From NCBI GenBank assembly GCA_048940925.1, contig JBHLOC010000001.1, positions 96,001 to 160,000 of the forward strand: a stretch of DNA of 64,000 nt. The letters are read 5' to 3'. The notes beneath the pieces were generated by a model. It was not told where the DNA came from. It did not search any database and saw only the letters and a program-made list of their open reading frames with translations. The position numbers and the translations under genes were made by a program. Source of the stretch: Promethearchaeota archaeon (GTDB lineage: Archaea > Asgardarchaeota > Lokiarchaeia > Sigyniarchaeales > SOKP01). How positions within the stretch are numbered: the first letter of the stretch is position 1; every line of letters starts with the position of its first letter. Shown here in pieces: positions 9,511 to 20,537 of the stretch.

Positions 9511-10887
9511 TCAGTTTGCTCCACCTATTATAGGCACTTCTTTTATTTTAACATAAGGAGCTTGAAATGAACCATAAATTTTTAATTCTTTAGAAACAGC
9601 ATCTATTTTTTGAAATAAATCGATTAGATTTATACCTAACATAGTTTCATTTAAAGGATTCTTGATTTCTCCATTTTTAACTATATTTCCATGAAGTATC
9701 AAACCAGAAAAATCACCAGTAGTTATATTAGGTGAGTCTCCTGTATAATCCAAAATAATTGCTTCTTTTAAATCTCCGATTATTTCCTTAATACTTGTAT
9801 CACCACTTTTCATTATGAAATTTGATATTCCAATAGAGGGAATAGAACTATAGGAATTTCGAGATGCATTACCCGTACTTTCAACAGATTCTTTTCCAGC
9901 AGTATAACTATTATGTAATAATCCTGTTTTTAGTAATTTCCCTTCAATGAAGATTTTTTTATTTTTACATGGGACTCCTTCAGCATCAAAGATGGAAGAC
10001 CCAATTGCTCCATCAATTAATCCATTATCTTCAATATTTAAATGTCGTGAACCAATTATTTCATTTCTTTTGTCAAAGAGAAAACTTCGTTTATGTTGAA
10101 AAGTTTCTGCATTTAAAGCTGAAGCTATTGGTCTTAATATCAAATTTATTGTGCCTTTAGGCGTTAAAACTAAAGGAACTTTAACACTGCTTATTTTTTT
10201 GCGATTCAGATTTTTTTTCGCATCTCTTAAAGCCTTTTTTGCTGTTTCAGCAGGATTTATGTTTTCAAGAGTTCTTTCTGATTGCCATTCATACCCAAAT
10301 GAAGTTTCTTTACTTATTTTATCTTTAACAATAATATGTGAAGAAATTGAGCAGCTTGTATCCTTTCCTGATACCTCTAAACCATTAGAATTAAAAATGT
10401 AAGTTTTTGAATAATTTGCTATAAAACTGCCTGTTTGGGATATTGCAAACTCATCCTCTTCACAAACATCTATTATATCTTTAATATAATTCATTGAATC
10501 TTCTATTTGTAAATTCTTTATGTTTTTATCAAATAAGTTCTTAATAACTGGATATTTTTTTACAGAATGAGGTAAATTCTGAAAATCAGGATCTTCTGTC
10601 CCAGCTCTCATCATCTTGATTGAAAAATCTACAATCTTCTCTACTGCTTTTTTCTCAATTTTATTAGTAAAAGCAAATCCCAATGAACCTATTTTATTGA
10701 TAACTCTAACTGAGAAGCCATAATCTTCTCCAATTTCACTATTTTTTATTGAATTCTCTTCAATTTCAATATTAACATATCTATTTTTCTCAAAATACAT
10801 CTCTGCGCATTTAATCTCTGAGATATTTTTACTAATTAATTCCAAACCATACTTTGCTAGTTGATATGGGTCTGACATCTGTTCCAT
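9511..10887 (-). CDS. pmbA: PmbA/TldE family protein
   Basis: FDAEG, TGNASR, TGDFS; no HExxxH; adjacent to tldD. Confidence 0.88.
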   Translation of the reverse strand: MEQMSDPYQLAKYGLELISKNISEIKCAEMYFEKNRYVNIEIEENSIKNSEIGEDYGFSVRVINKIGSLGFAFTNKIEKKAVEKIVDFSIKMMRAGTEDPDFQNLPHSVKKYPVIKNLFDKNIKNLQIEDSMNYIKDIIDVCEEDEFAISQTGSFIANYSKTYIFNSNGLEVSGKDTSCSISSHIIVKDKISKETSFGYEWQSERTLENINPAETAKKALRDAKKNLNRKKISSVKVPLVLTPKGTINLILRPIASALNAETFQHKRSFLFDKRNEIIGSRHLNIEDNGLIDGAIGSSIFDAEGVPCKNKKIFIEGKLLKTGLLHNSYTAGKESVESTGNASRNSYSSIPSIGISNFIMKSGDTSIKEIIGDLKEAIILDYTGDSPNITTGDFSGLILHGNIVKNGEIKNPLNETMLGINLIDLFQKIDAVSKELKIYGSFQAPYVKIKEVPIIGGAN

Positions 10888-12339
10888 TTAGTTTAAACCC
10901 CCAACTGTAACATCTTCTATACGTATATATGGTCCACCATCGCATACTCTTACACTTTGGCCTCCTTTTCCACACATACCATCAGAGTAATTAAAAGATC
11001 GTTTATTACCTATTGCTGAAATGTTATTAAGAGCCTCAAGAATCATTCCTGCGAGTGAGACATCTCTCATCAGTTCTTGCTTTTCACCATTTTTAATCTT
11101 ATACGAAAATTTACATTTGAATTGAAAATTTCCTGTTGATGGGTCTGTGTAACCATATTGAAAATCTTCACAAAGAATCCCATTTTTAGTATCTTCAATT
11201 ATCTCCTCAACATTCCAATCTTTTGGCTCTAAAAATGTAAAACCCATTCTAACTTGGGGTCTAGATGAATTTGAAGAAGCTCTTCCATGTCCATTCGGCA
11301 TTACGTTCATTCTGGAAGATGTTTCTAAATTATGGAGAAAATTTTGTAATTCCCCATTTTTGATAATTATAGTTTTTTGGGATGGAATTCCTTCATCGTC
11401 TATATAATAGCTTCCAAATAATTCATAAGGTAAATTGAATTTTTTCCCTTGGCCCATAGTAGGATTATCGATAAATGTAACCTCTTCAGAAGCAATTTTT
11501 TCACCAAGTTTATCTTTTAATATACTCTCATCGTTTAAGACTAGATCTGCTTCACATGCATGACCAAATGCTTCATGCATTATGGTTCCTGTTAATTTGG
11601 GATCGGTTATAATGGTAAATTTACCTCCAATTGGCGATTGTGCCTTTAGTAAATCAATAGCTTCTTGGGCAGTGTTTAGACTCAAATTTTCAGCTTTGTC
11701 TGTCTGAGTTATTTCAAAACCTCCAATTCCTCCTGCCGAATTTATGGACCTTTGAAGAATTCCCTTCTCTTGGGCATAAACAGAACAAAATATCCTAATA
11801 AAGGATAAATCTTGTGATATATTACTTCCATAAGAATTAATAAACTTATTTAGAGTATGACCATCGAAATAGATAGTATGGGTATTTTTTACTTTGGATG
11901 AATATTCAGCAGCAGTTTTTTCGTGATCTTTTACAAGTTTAATTTTATCTTTAATGTCAACATCTTCTAATTTCTTCTTACAATCGATTTTAAAATTATG
12001 AATTAAGGGATTTTGAAACTTGATTTTAAATTTATTTTTACAAAGAGATTCTGATAACCTGGCTAGTTTTATAACTTTAATAAATCCATCAGTTATAGTC
12101 TTATTATTTAGATCTTTTAAAACATAAAACCCCCAACCTCCATTATAAAAAGCTCTTAACCCACATTCAGTTATTTCATAAGAGGAAATTTCTTTACTTC
12201 TTTGATCTGTGAAATCTAAGGTGATTCCTCGAATTACACCCGCTCTAATATCCCAATAATCAATTTTATCTTTAGCTATATTATCTAAATCTTCAATTAA
12301 TTTTTCATCTATCTCTGTTAGATTATCAGTTATCTCCAT
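10888..12339 (-). CDS. tldD: TldD metalloprotease
   Basis: HEAFGHACEAD, DDEG, NGHGRA, RM, CGKGGQ..V..GGP. Confidence 0.92.
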   Translation of the reverse strand: MEITDNLTEIDEKLIEDLDNIAKDKIDYWDIRAGVIRGITLDFTDQRSKEISSYEITECGLRAFYNGGWGFYVLKDLNNKTITDGFIKVIKLARLSESLCKNKFKIKFQNPLIHNFKIDCKKKLEDVDIKDKIKLVKDHEKTAAEYSSKVKNTHTIYFDGHTLNKFINSYGSNISQDLSFIRIFCSVYAQEKGILQRSINSAGGIGGFEITQTDKAENLSLNTAQEAIDLLKAQSPIGGKFTIITDPKLTGTIMHEAFGHACEADLVLNDESILKDKLGEKIASEEVTFIDNPTMGQGKKFNLPYELFGSYYIDDEGIPSQKTIIIKNGELQNFLHNLETSSRMNVMPNGHGRASSNSSRPQVRMGFTFLEPKDWNVEEIIEDTKNGILCEDFQYGYTDPSTGNFQFKCKFSYKIKNGEKQELMRDVSLAGMILEALNNISAIGNKRSFNYSDGMCGKGGQSVRVCDGGPYIRIEDVTVGGLN

Positions 12340-12486
12340 TTTAATTTTTTTTTCAATTTAATGTTTATTTATAAAGGAATAGTATATTGCTTAATAATTT
12401 ACCATTAAAGAATTGTGGAAGAAAAGCTAAATACTTTTGTTTTTTAAACTAATGTCTAAATTGCTCCTCAAATTCAAAATAATAAA

Positions 12487-12684
12487 TTAAATTTTATTCT
12501 TAAGTTGTTTAATAACTGTGATAGCACCATTCATAGAGCAAACCTTAGAGAATTTAGAGGCATTTTTAAATAAGAAAGAATGATTGCATTTCCAGCATTT
12601 CTTTACCTTAATTTTTCGATTTGTATAATACCATTCACCGCAATGGGAGCATCTAAAAAAGAAGTAATTTTGCCCAATACTCAT
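12487..12684 (-). CDS. Small zinc-ribbon protein (DUF1922-like)
   Basis: FRCSHCG...KKCWKCN. Confidence 0.65.
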   Translation of the reverse strand: MSIGQNYFFFRCSHCGEWYYTNRKIKVKKCWKCNHSFLFKNASKFSKVCSMNGAITVIKQLKNKI

Positions 12685-12879
12685 ACAACAATTAAAAAAT
12701 TAACTTAATGATATATTTCATAGCGGTCAAAAAATTTTCTAATTTTTTTATTAAGTGATTAAATGAAATGATAAGAGATGTTTAAACTGTATTGAAATTA
12801 TTTTTTCTCTAATAAAATAAGATATATGTTTTGATGAATCATTATGGTACGTATTAATTAAAAGAAGATGTGAGATAAT

Positions 12880-14238
12880 ATGGAGCATAAATTTGTTCAC
12901 CCTATAGAAACACGTTATCGAACTGATATAGCAAATTTATTCACTGAGGAAAAGAAACTAGAAAATTGGTTAAAAGTGGAAGCTGCATTAGCTCGAGTGC
13001 ACGCAGATTTAGGAAATTTCCCTGAAAAACTTGCTAAGGAGATCTCTAGAAAAGCTAATACTGATTATGTAAAATTAGAAAGAGTAAAACAAATTGATCT
13101 TGAAATTCATCATGATTTAATGGCGATGGTTAAAGCTTTGTCAGAACAATGTGAGGGCGATGCTGGGAAATATGTTCATCTTGGGGCTACTAGCTACGAT
13201 ATTGAAGATACAGCTACAGCTTTACAGTTAAGAGAAGCCTTATTTTATATTAAAGATTCATTAAAGGACTTATTAGGTGAATTAATAAAGATTACTGAAA
13301 AAAAAAAGAGAAAAGTCTGTATTGGGAGAACACATGGACAACATGCCGTTCCTACTACATATGGTATGAGATTTGGCGTGTGGGCATATGAAATAGATAG
13401 GCATCTTGATAGAATTGCTGAAGTATTAACCCGTATATCATTTGGTAAAATGTCAGGAGCAGTTGGAACGATGGCGAGCTTTGATAATAAAGGAATTCAA
13501 ATACAAGAAAAAGTAATGGAGACTCTTAACTTAAATCCTGTACTGATTGCAAATCAAATAGTTCAAAGAGATAGACATGCTGAAGTAATTTTTTTAACCG
13601 CGTTAATTGGACAGTCTTTAGCAAAAATCGCAAGAGAAAACAGAATTTTACAAAGAAATGAAATAGCAGAAATGTTTGAACCTTTCAAAAAAGATCAAGT
13701 GGGGAGTTCAACCATGCCTCACAAAAGAAATCCACATAAATCAGAACGAATTTGTAGTTTGGCAAGAGTTTTGAAGTCTAATGTCATTCCTGCTTTAGAT
13801 AACATTGTGTTAGAAGATGAAAGGGATATAACAAATTCAGCATCGGAAAGAGTAATATTTGCTGAAAGTTTCATATTGTTGGATTATATGATTAAACAAT
13901 TAACTCAAAATCTTAAGGGAATTGAGTTCAATGAAAATAAAATCGAGGAGAATCTTAATCTTACTAAAGGTGCATGCTTAACTGAAAAAGCAATGATTGA
14001 ATTAGTAAATAAAGGAATAGGAAGGCAAGAGGGACATGAACTCTTAAGACAAGCTGCTATAAAAGCAAGAAATGAAAATAGATTTATGAAAGATATTTTA
14101 TTTGAGAATGAAAAAATTAAAAGCTCTTTTTCAAAAGAAGAATTAGACGAATTGTTCAATCCATATAACTATATTGGAAAAGCAGTTGAGCAAGCTGAAA
14201 ATTTAATTAATAATTTAAAAGTGAAATATAAATTTTAG
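12880..14238 (+). CDS. purB: Adenylosuccinate lyase
   Basis: GSSTMPHKRNP signature, GRTHGQHA, HLGATS. Confidence 0.97.
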   Translation: MEHKFVHPIETRYRTDIANLFTEEKKLENWLKVEAALARVHADLGNFPEKLAKEISRKANTDYVKLERVKQIDLEIHHDLMAMVKALSEQCEGDAGKYVHLGATSYDIEDTATALQLREALFYIKDSLKDLLGELIKITEKKKRKVCIGRTHGQHAVPTTYGMRFGVWAYEIDRHLDRIAEVLTRISFGKMSGAVGTMASFDNKGIQIQEKVMETLNLNPVLIANQIVQRDRHAEVIFLTALIGQSLAKIARENRILQRNEIAEMFEPFKKDQVGSSTMPHKRNPHKSERICSLARVLKSNVIPALDNIVLEDERDITNSASERVIFAESFILLDYMIKQLTQNLKGIEFNENKIEENLNLTKGACLTEKAMIELVNKGIGRQEGHELLRQAAIKARNENRFMKDILFENEKIKSSFSKEELDELFNPYNYIGKAVEQAENLINNLKVKYKF

Positions 14239-14243
14239 TTGAA

Positions 14244-15428
14244 ATGATGAACGAAAACGATAATATATATTCTCGATTAGGAGTCTCATCTAAAAAAGAG
14301 GATGTTCATAAGGCAATTGAAAAACTTGATAGAGGACTTTTTCCTGAATCATTTTGTAAGATTGTAGAAGATGTAAGTGGGAGGAGAGATTATTGTTCCA
14401 TCTTTCATTCAGATGGAGCTGGAACAAAATCAAGTTTAGCTTATATGTATTATAGAGAAACTGGGGATATAGACATTTTTAGAGGAATTGTTCGAGATGC
14501 TATGATTATGAATATTGATGACATATTATGTGTGGGGGCAACAGGGAATATGTTTTTATCTAATAATCTTGGAAGGAATAGTAAATTTATTTCTGGCGAA
14601 GTTATAGCAACAATTATAGATGAATATTATGCGTATAGTAAGAAATTGGGTGAACTAGGTTTAAACGTCATTATGTGTGGCGGTGAAACTGCAGATATTG
14701 GAGATGTGGTCAAAACTGTTATAGTAGATGCTTCTGTATTCACAAGTATGAAAAGGATAGATGTGATTGATGCAAAAAATATTAAAAGCAATGATGTGAT
14801 TATTGGATTGGCGAGTTTTGGTAAAGCATCATATGAGGAGGAATTTAATAGTGGAATTGGAAGCAATGGATTAACATTAGCAAGACATGGCATTCTCTCT
14901 CATGAATATTTTAAGAAATATCCCGAATGTTATGATCGAAATCTTGATGAAAAATATGTATTTTTTGGTAAATATAAGTTAACAGATAAGATAAAAGGTA
15001 TCAATTTATCCGTAGGAAAAGCATTATTATCACCAACGAGAACATATAGTCCGATTATAACCACAATTTTAGAAAAGCATAAAAAAGAAATCCATGGAAT
15101 AGTACATAATACAGGAGGTGGGCAAATTAAGGACTTAAATTATGGTAAAGGCATAGTATATGTCAAAAATAATTTATTTTCTCTTCCAAAAATTTTTGAA
15201 GTTATACAAAATTCTTCCGAAACTCAGTGGAAAGAAATGTATAGTGTATTTAATATGGGGCATAGAATGGAATTATTTTGTGAAGAAACAATTGCCAAAG
15301 ATATTCAAAGAATAGCTAAAAAGTTCAATATAGAGTCAAAAGTTATAGGTCATTGCGAAAAATCACCATTTAAGAATAAAAATTTTGTTGAAATAAATTC
15401 TGAATTTGGTTCTTTCAAATATACATAG
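14244..15428 (+). CDS. purM: AIR synthase (PurM family, divergent subtype)
   Basis: DGAGTKS, MNIDD, GGETAD, SNGLTLAR, LLSPTRTY, HNTGGG, FNMG. Confidence 0.88.
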   Translation: MMNENDNIYSRLGVSSKKEDVHKAIEKLDRGLFPESFCKIVEDVSGRRDYCSIFHSDGAGTKSSLAYMYYRETGDIDIFRGIVRDAMIMNIDDILCVGATGNMFLSNNLGRNSKFISGEVIATIIDEYYAYSKKLGELGLNVIMCGGETADIGDVVKTVIVDASVFTSMKRIDVIDAKNIKSNDVIIGLASFGKASYEEEFNSGIGSNGLTLARHGILSHEYFKKYPECYDRNLDEKYVFFGKYKLTDKIKGINLSVGKALLSPTRTYSPIITTILEKHKKEIHGIVHNTGGGQIKDLNYGKGIVYVKNNLFSLPKIFEVIQNSSETQWKEMYSVFNMGHRMELFCEETIAKDIQRIAKKFNIESKVIGHCEKSPFKNKNFVEINSEFGSFKYT

Positions 15429-15439
15429 CAAAATAGAAG

Positions 15440-16402
15440 ATGACAGAACATTTTGATGTTATTTGTATAGGAGCAGCTTTAGTTGATATTGTTGCTCAAG
15501 TTGAGCGACATCCTGTAGAAGATGATGAGGTTTTTGTATCAAATCTAACTTTATTTTCAGGAGGAGCTGCTGCTAATACAGCATGTGCTTGCGCCAAATT
15601 AGGTTCGTCGACGGCTTTCTTAGGCAAAATGGGTTTGGAAGACTCATTTGGAAGTAAGATCATCCAAGATTTTAAGGAATCTCGAGTATCTACTGAGTTA
15701 ATAAAATATTCTAAAGATAGAATGACAGGTTGTGCGTATATAATTTTAAATAGAGAAGGAGATCGGAGAATTTATGCATATAGTGGAGCAGCTAATTACT
15801 TATCAAAAAAGGATATTATAGAAAAAGAATTGATACAGACTAAAGTTATTTTCTTAAGTAGTCTGAAAAATCTTGCACCATTTATAAAAGCCGCAAAAAT
15901 TGGTAGACAATATAAAATTCCAGTTATTTTAAATCCTGGCATGTTAATAATTGAGCAAGGTTTTGAAAATATCATAAAATTGTTAGAAAATGTCGATATT
16001 CTAATATTATCTCAAAGAGAATTTATAACCCTTATGAAAATTAAAAAAAATCAATTTAATTCTAAAGAAATTGAAATGCAAATTAAAAACCTTACCAATT
16101 TAGGAATTAAGGCTATTGTAATAACAAAAGGAGCGAGAGGGGCATCATTATTTACTCCATTTAATTCTAAATTAATTCCAGCACCTACAGTTGAGGATGT
16201 AATTGATACAACAGGTGCTGGAGATGCTTTTTCCGCGGGATTTATTTATGGGTTTTTAAAAAGCTTAAAGTATGATTTTAATAATCTTATTTATAGTATA
16301 AGAATTGGTAACTATGTTGCAGGAAAATGTATTCAAAAGTTGGGAGCTAGAAATGGTATTCCCAATTTTAATGAATTAAAAGAAGCTATTGCAAATTTTT
16401 AA
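15440..16402 (+). CDS. PfkB-family carbohydrate/nucleoside kinase
   Basis: GGAAANTA and DTTGAGDAF signatures. Confidence 0.92.
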   Translation: MTEHFDVICIGAALVDIVAQVERHPVEDDEVFVSNLTLFSGGAAANTACACAKLGSSTAFLGKMGLEDSFGSKIIQDFKESRVSTELIKYSKDRMTGCAYIILNREGDRRIYAYSGAANYLSKKDIIEKELIQTKVIFLSSLKNLAPFIKAAKIGRQYKIPVILNPGMLIIEQGFENIIKLLENVDILILSQREFITLMKIKKNQFNSKEIEMQIKNLTNLGIKAIVITKGARGASLFTPFNSKLIPAPTVEDVIDTTGAGDAFSAGFIYGFLKSLKYDFNNLIYSIRIGNYVAGKCIQKLGARNGIPNFNELKEAIANF

Positions 16403-16462
16403 ATAACAAAGTTTATAATTTTTCAATTTTATAATTTGTTATTCAAATTTAAGTGAACATTT

Positions 16463-17530
16463 ATGGTATCTAGAGTATATTCGGGAAAGAAAAAAATTGC
16501 AGTAGATAGATTGAGGTTTTTTATACGTGAGGTTTCGCTTATGTTTATATTTATATTCTTGCTTTTATTAATCCCTCTATTTGTAATTCCGTTATTTATA
16601 AACGAAGAATCTTTTTTGTATGGTATTTTTATTTATGGTTTCAGAGCGGTCTTCATCTTCTTTGGTATTCCCCTCATTTTATATTTATCAAATTTAATAT
16701 TTGAGTCTCAACAAATAATTATTGAAGAAGACATCTCGCCTTGGATGGGGCATTTACGATTATATAAAATGACGAAAAAAAATTATAAATACCAAATTTT
16801 ATACGGGTTATTAATATTCTTTTTAGTTTTTCTTCCTCTCGATTTTTTAGGATATCTATTCATCCCTAAAATGATTGAATATCAAGCATTGGCTTTTAGT
16901 CTAAAAAAGACTGATATTTATCTATCATCTAATGATTATTTTATATTTTTAATTTCTGTGATTATTATACAGTTTTCAGTAGCTATAGCTGAAGAATCAA
17001 TTGCTAGGGGTCTTATAGCTAAAAGAGGAAGTGAATATTTTTTTACAATGTCAGCAGTGATGATTTCATCAATTTTTTGGGGGTTACAGCATTTCGCATA
17101 TTTTCTTGATCCTGTTAGTAGAGCGTACCCTTTATGGTATCCGCTCATTTGGTTTTTACAAGCGATTATAATTGGAATAGTTCTCTCGTTATTGGTGGTA
17201 AGAAAAAAGTGGATTTTTCCTGCTATAATTGCCCATACATTAAATAATATAGTTTCTGCTCATACAATCTGGAGTTTTTTACAGGGAAATGATTTTGTTC
17301 TTGTTGCACTTTATCTTTATTGTCCGTTATTTGCCATTGGTATTGGATTCTTAATATGGCAATTTCCCCAGATAAAAGATGGAGTTAATACAGGATTTCA
17401 AACTTTTAAAACATATTTTAAAAAGGATGAAGCTAGCGAGAGAACTAAAGGAGACAAATATTTCCGTTACTTTATTGATATTATAATGAGCTGTCTAATT
17501 TTTTTAATGAGTATGTTAGTTGCTATATAG
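16463..17530 (+). CDS. CPBP (Rce1/Abi, type II CAAX protease-like) intramembrane metalloprotease
   Basis: EESIARG, FWGLQH and AHTLNN motifs; multiple transmembrane helices. Confidence 0.88.
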   Translation: MVSRVYSGKKKIAVDRLRFFIREVSLMFIFIFLLLLIPLFVIPLFINEESFLYGIFIYGFRAVFIFFGIPLILYLSNLIFESQQIIIEEDISPWMGHLRLYKMTKKNYKYQILYGLLIFFLVFLPLDFLGYLFIPKMIEYQALAFSLKKTDIYLSSNDYFIFLISVIIIQFSVAIAEESIARGLIAKRGSEYFFTMSAVMISSIFWGLQHFAYFLDPVSRAYPLWYPLIWFLQAIIIGIVLSLLVVRKKWIFPAIIAHTLNNIVSAHTIWSFLQGNDFVLVALYLYCPLFAIGIGFLIWQFPQIKDGVNTGFQTFKTYFKKDEASERTKGDKYFRYFIDIIMSCLIFLMSMLVAI

Positions 17531-17545
17531 CGGTGTGTAATTTAA

Positions 17546-18058
17546 ATGAAAATCGGAATTATTGCAGACACCCATTTTAATGATGATGACAATAAAATAA
17601 ATGAATTTATCACAAAGTTGAAAATTGCTTTTAAAGACGTTGATGAGATAATTCATGCTGGTGATGTTTGTTCTCAACAATTTCTCAATGAATTAAAGAA
17701 AATAGCTCCGACTCGATGTGTAAAAGGAAATTTAGATGATATTAAAGGTTTAGAAGATTTCATTGAATTCACAGTAGGGCTTTATAATATAGGAGTGATC
17801 CATAAGTTGCCTGAGAATGTTGAAGAATTTGCAAAGAAACATAATTTAAACATATTAATTCACGGACATACCCATAGACCACTTATAAAGGGAACAGAAT
17901 ATAATGTCCTTCTTTTAAATCCAGGTTCACCAACAAAACCAAAAACACCATTAAAAAAACCGGGATTTAGAACACCTATAGCAAGACCAAGCGTGATGAC
18001 TTTGAATATTGATGAGAATAATATATTATCAACATTTATTATAAATCTAAAGCTTTAG
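17546..18058 (+). CDS. YfcE/MJ0936/Vps29-family metallophosphoesterase
   Basis: ADTH, HAGD, GNLD, GHTH, NPGS. Confidence 0.9.
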   Translation: MKIGIIADTHFNDDDNKINEFITKLKIAFKDVDEIIHAGDVCSQQFLNELKKIAPTRCVKGNLDDIKGLEDFIEFTVGLYNIGVIHKLPENVEEFAKKHNLNILIHGHTHRPLIKGTEYNVLLLNPGSPTKPKTPLKKPGFRTPIARPSVMTLNIDENNILSTFIINLKL

Positions 18059-18281
18059 AGAATTTTTGATATTTTAAATTTTTATTATGAAAAATTATTT
18101 GATATTATAGGAGTGAAAAAATGAGATATTTTGATTATTCTACTTCAAATAATTTTAAATATTATTTAACTCATATTATTAATACAAGGAAATTTTATGC
18201 TAAAGAATCTAAATTTAAGAATATTAATATAAAATTATATTGAATTTTCGTTTAAGATATTTGTAAATTAATCATATAAGA

Positions 18282-18689
18282 GTGTGCGTTAATTTGGTTA
18301 GTAGACTCGGATTAGTACTGAAAGAACTTAATGATAATGGAAATTTTCGCGCATCGCTTTTTGCAACATCAGCAGGTTTGGTATTAGCTTTCCAAAAAGA
18401 AGAAAATATTGATGAGCGTGCAATAGCAGCTATGGGTTCTTTACTAAGCGATGCAGCATACAAAGCCGCAGAAGAAATAGGTTTATCAGAAGTTAAGAGT
18501 ATGAAGATTAAGTATAAAGAAGACTATATAATAATGAGAAATATAATTATTAATCCTACTACCCAATTCCTTTTAGCAGTTTTAACAAAGTTACCTGAAT
18601 CTGAAGAAATTGAGAAATATGTGGATCAACTTCTAGATTGGGCTGAGGAAAATAGTAAAACTGATCTAGAGAAGCTTTCCTCTCTTTAA
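18282..18689 (+). CDS. Roadblock/LC7 domain protein (start may be TTG 18294)
   Basis: L.LVLKEL...ASLFATSAGLVLA....DERAIAAM.SLL..AA.KA..EIG pattern. Confidence 0.8.
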   Translation: MCVNLVSRLGLVLKELNDNGNFRASLFATSAGLVLAFQKEENIDERAIAAMGSLLSDAAYKAAEEIGLSEVKSMKIKYKEDYIIMRNIIINPTTQFLLAVLTKLPESEEIEKYVDQLLDWAEENSKTDLEKLSSL

Positions 18690-18818
18690 GAATAATAGTC
18701 TCTCATTTTTTATTTAACATTTAAATATTCTTTATTATTTTCTGTCATCAAGACTACTCGTTTTAAAATATAACCATTAAATTCATAAATTGGTCTTAAA
18801 TTTGTATTAAATAGGAAA

Positions 18819-19856
18819 ATGAAAGCTGCTTTTTTTAATAAACATGGGGATTTAGATCAAATCCAGATAGGAGAACTTGATGCGCCTAAAATAGGACCAA
18901 ATGAGGTGCTAATTAATGCAAAATATTCTGCATTGAATCATGTAGATATTTTTCTTGTTAGAGGATGGCCTGGTTTAAAGCTTAATATGCCTCATATATT
19001 AGGTGCTGATGGGAGTGGTATTGTAAAAGAAGTAGGATCAGCTGTAACAACAGTCTCTAAAGGTGATAAAGTAACTATAAATCCCGGTTTAAGTTGTGGT
19101 AAATGCAGTATGTGTTTAACAGGGCAACAAGTATTTTGTAAATATTTTTCAATTAAAAGTGAACATGAATGGGGTACTTTTGCAGAATATTTTAAAATTC
19201 CAGAAATAAATGTTTTGAAAATTCCTGAAAATTATAAGTTTGAAAAGGCAGCTGCTGCCCCACTCACCTTTTTAACAGCTTATAGGATGCTAAAAACCCA
19301 AGCAAATGTCCAACCAGGCGAGTTTGTTTTTATTCACGGAATAAGTGGAGGAGTTTCATCTGCAGCTGCCCAAATAGCAAAGTTTTTTGGAGCGATTGTT
19401 ATAGCAACAACCAGCACTGAAGTAAAAGTCGAAAAAGCAAAAAGATTAGGGGCAGATTATATTATAAATTACAATGAAATGGGAGATTATACTAAATATG
19501 TGTATGATGAGTTAACAAAAAGGCATGGAATAGATGTTGTGATAGACAATGTTGGTCAGGCAACTTTTCAGACCAGTCTCAGGTTATTAAGACCAGGTGG
19601 TCGCTTAATTACGTGTGGTGCAACAACAGGTCCATTATCTAAGATACAGATAAACAATATTTTTTGGAAGCATTTAGAAATAAAAGGATCCACTATGAGT
19701 AATCAGGGTGAATTTAGGGAGGTCATGGAATTGATTTTTCAGCAAAAAATAAGTCCAATTATAGATAAAATTTTTCCATTAGAAAAGGCAATGGAAGCTG
19801 AAAAATATTTATCCGCAGCAAAACAATTTGGAAAAATCTTACTTAAAATCTCTTAA
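18819..19856 (+). CDS. Zinc-binding MDR dehydrogenase / quinone oxidoreductase-like
   Basis: ALNHVD, PHILGADG, structural Zn site CGKCSMC...C, GISGGV, FGKILL. Confidence 0.9.
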   Translation: MKAAFFNKHGDLDQIQIGELDAPKIGPNEVLINAKYSALNHVDIFLVRGWPGLKLNMPHILGADGSGIVKEVGSAVTTVSKGDKVTINPGLSCGKCSMCLTGQQVFCKYFSIKSEHEWGTFAEYFKIPEINVLKIPENYKFEKAAAAPLTFLTAYRMLKTQANVQPGEFVFIHGISGGVSSAAAQIAKFFGAIVIATTSTEVKVEKAKRLGADYIINYNEMGDYTKYVYDELTKRHGIDVVIDNVGQATFQTSLRLLRPGGRLITCGATTGPLSKIQINNIFWKHLEIKGSTMSNQGEFREVMELIFQQKISPIIDKIFPLEKAMEAEKYLSAAKQFGKILLKIS

Positions 19857-20491
19857 TCAAATGAATGATAGAATTCGATAATTATATTGGCAACTTGTTC
19901 TTCATAACCCCAATAAAAATGATCTGCACCCTCGATAATCTTACTTTCTTTTGGATTTAAGTAGAAATTAAAGTTTTCATAGAAATTTTCATAATTAGCT
20001 ACAGTATCATGATTTCCTTGAATGAATAGTTTTCTTTTTGAAGTTTGAGATAATTTTTTATATTTTGCTCCCATAAAGGCCCATGGAAAAGATATGGAGA
20101 TGAAACCAATTATCTTATCTGAATAATTTACTGTTGCACACCCTACTGCAGCACCATATGAATAACCACAAATAATGATTTTCTCACATTTTTTATTATT
20201 AATCAAAAAATCTATACAACTCTTAACATCACTTAATTCTCCTTTACCATTTGAATGATTTCCTGAAGATTCGCCAACTCCTCTAAAATTAAATCTTAAA
20301 CAAGAGATATTGTTGTTGATTAATTTGTTAAATACCGCAGATACTATATTATTATACATAGTGCCACCATATTGTGGATGAGGGTGACATATTAAAACAG
20401 TTGGCTTAGTAGTATGAGATGTTGATTGAAAATATTCCGCTTCAAGCTTAATTTCATAATTATCAATGAATAGTTTATCAATGCTTACCAT
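19853..20491 (-). CDS. Alpha/beta hydrolase (COG2945-like)
   Basis: CHPHPQYGGTMYN, RFNFRGVG, GYSYG, GADHF. Confidence 0.9.
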   Translation of the reverse strand: MVSIDKLFIDNYEIKLEAEYFQSTSHTTKPTVLICHPHPQYGGTMYNNIVSAVFNKLINNNISCLRFNFRGVGESSGNHSNGKGELSDVKSCIDFLINNKKCEKIIICGYSYGAAVGCATVNYSDKIIGFISISFPWAFMGAKYKKLSQTSKRKLFIQGNHDTVANYENFYENFNFYLNPKESKIIEGADHFYWGYEEQVANIIIEFYHSFD

Positions 20492-20537
20492 AATTTTATT
20501 TAATTTTTAACCTATAATAATTATACTATAGATATTT

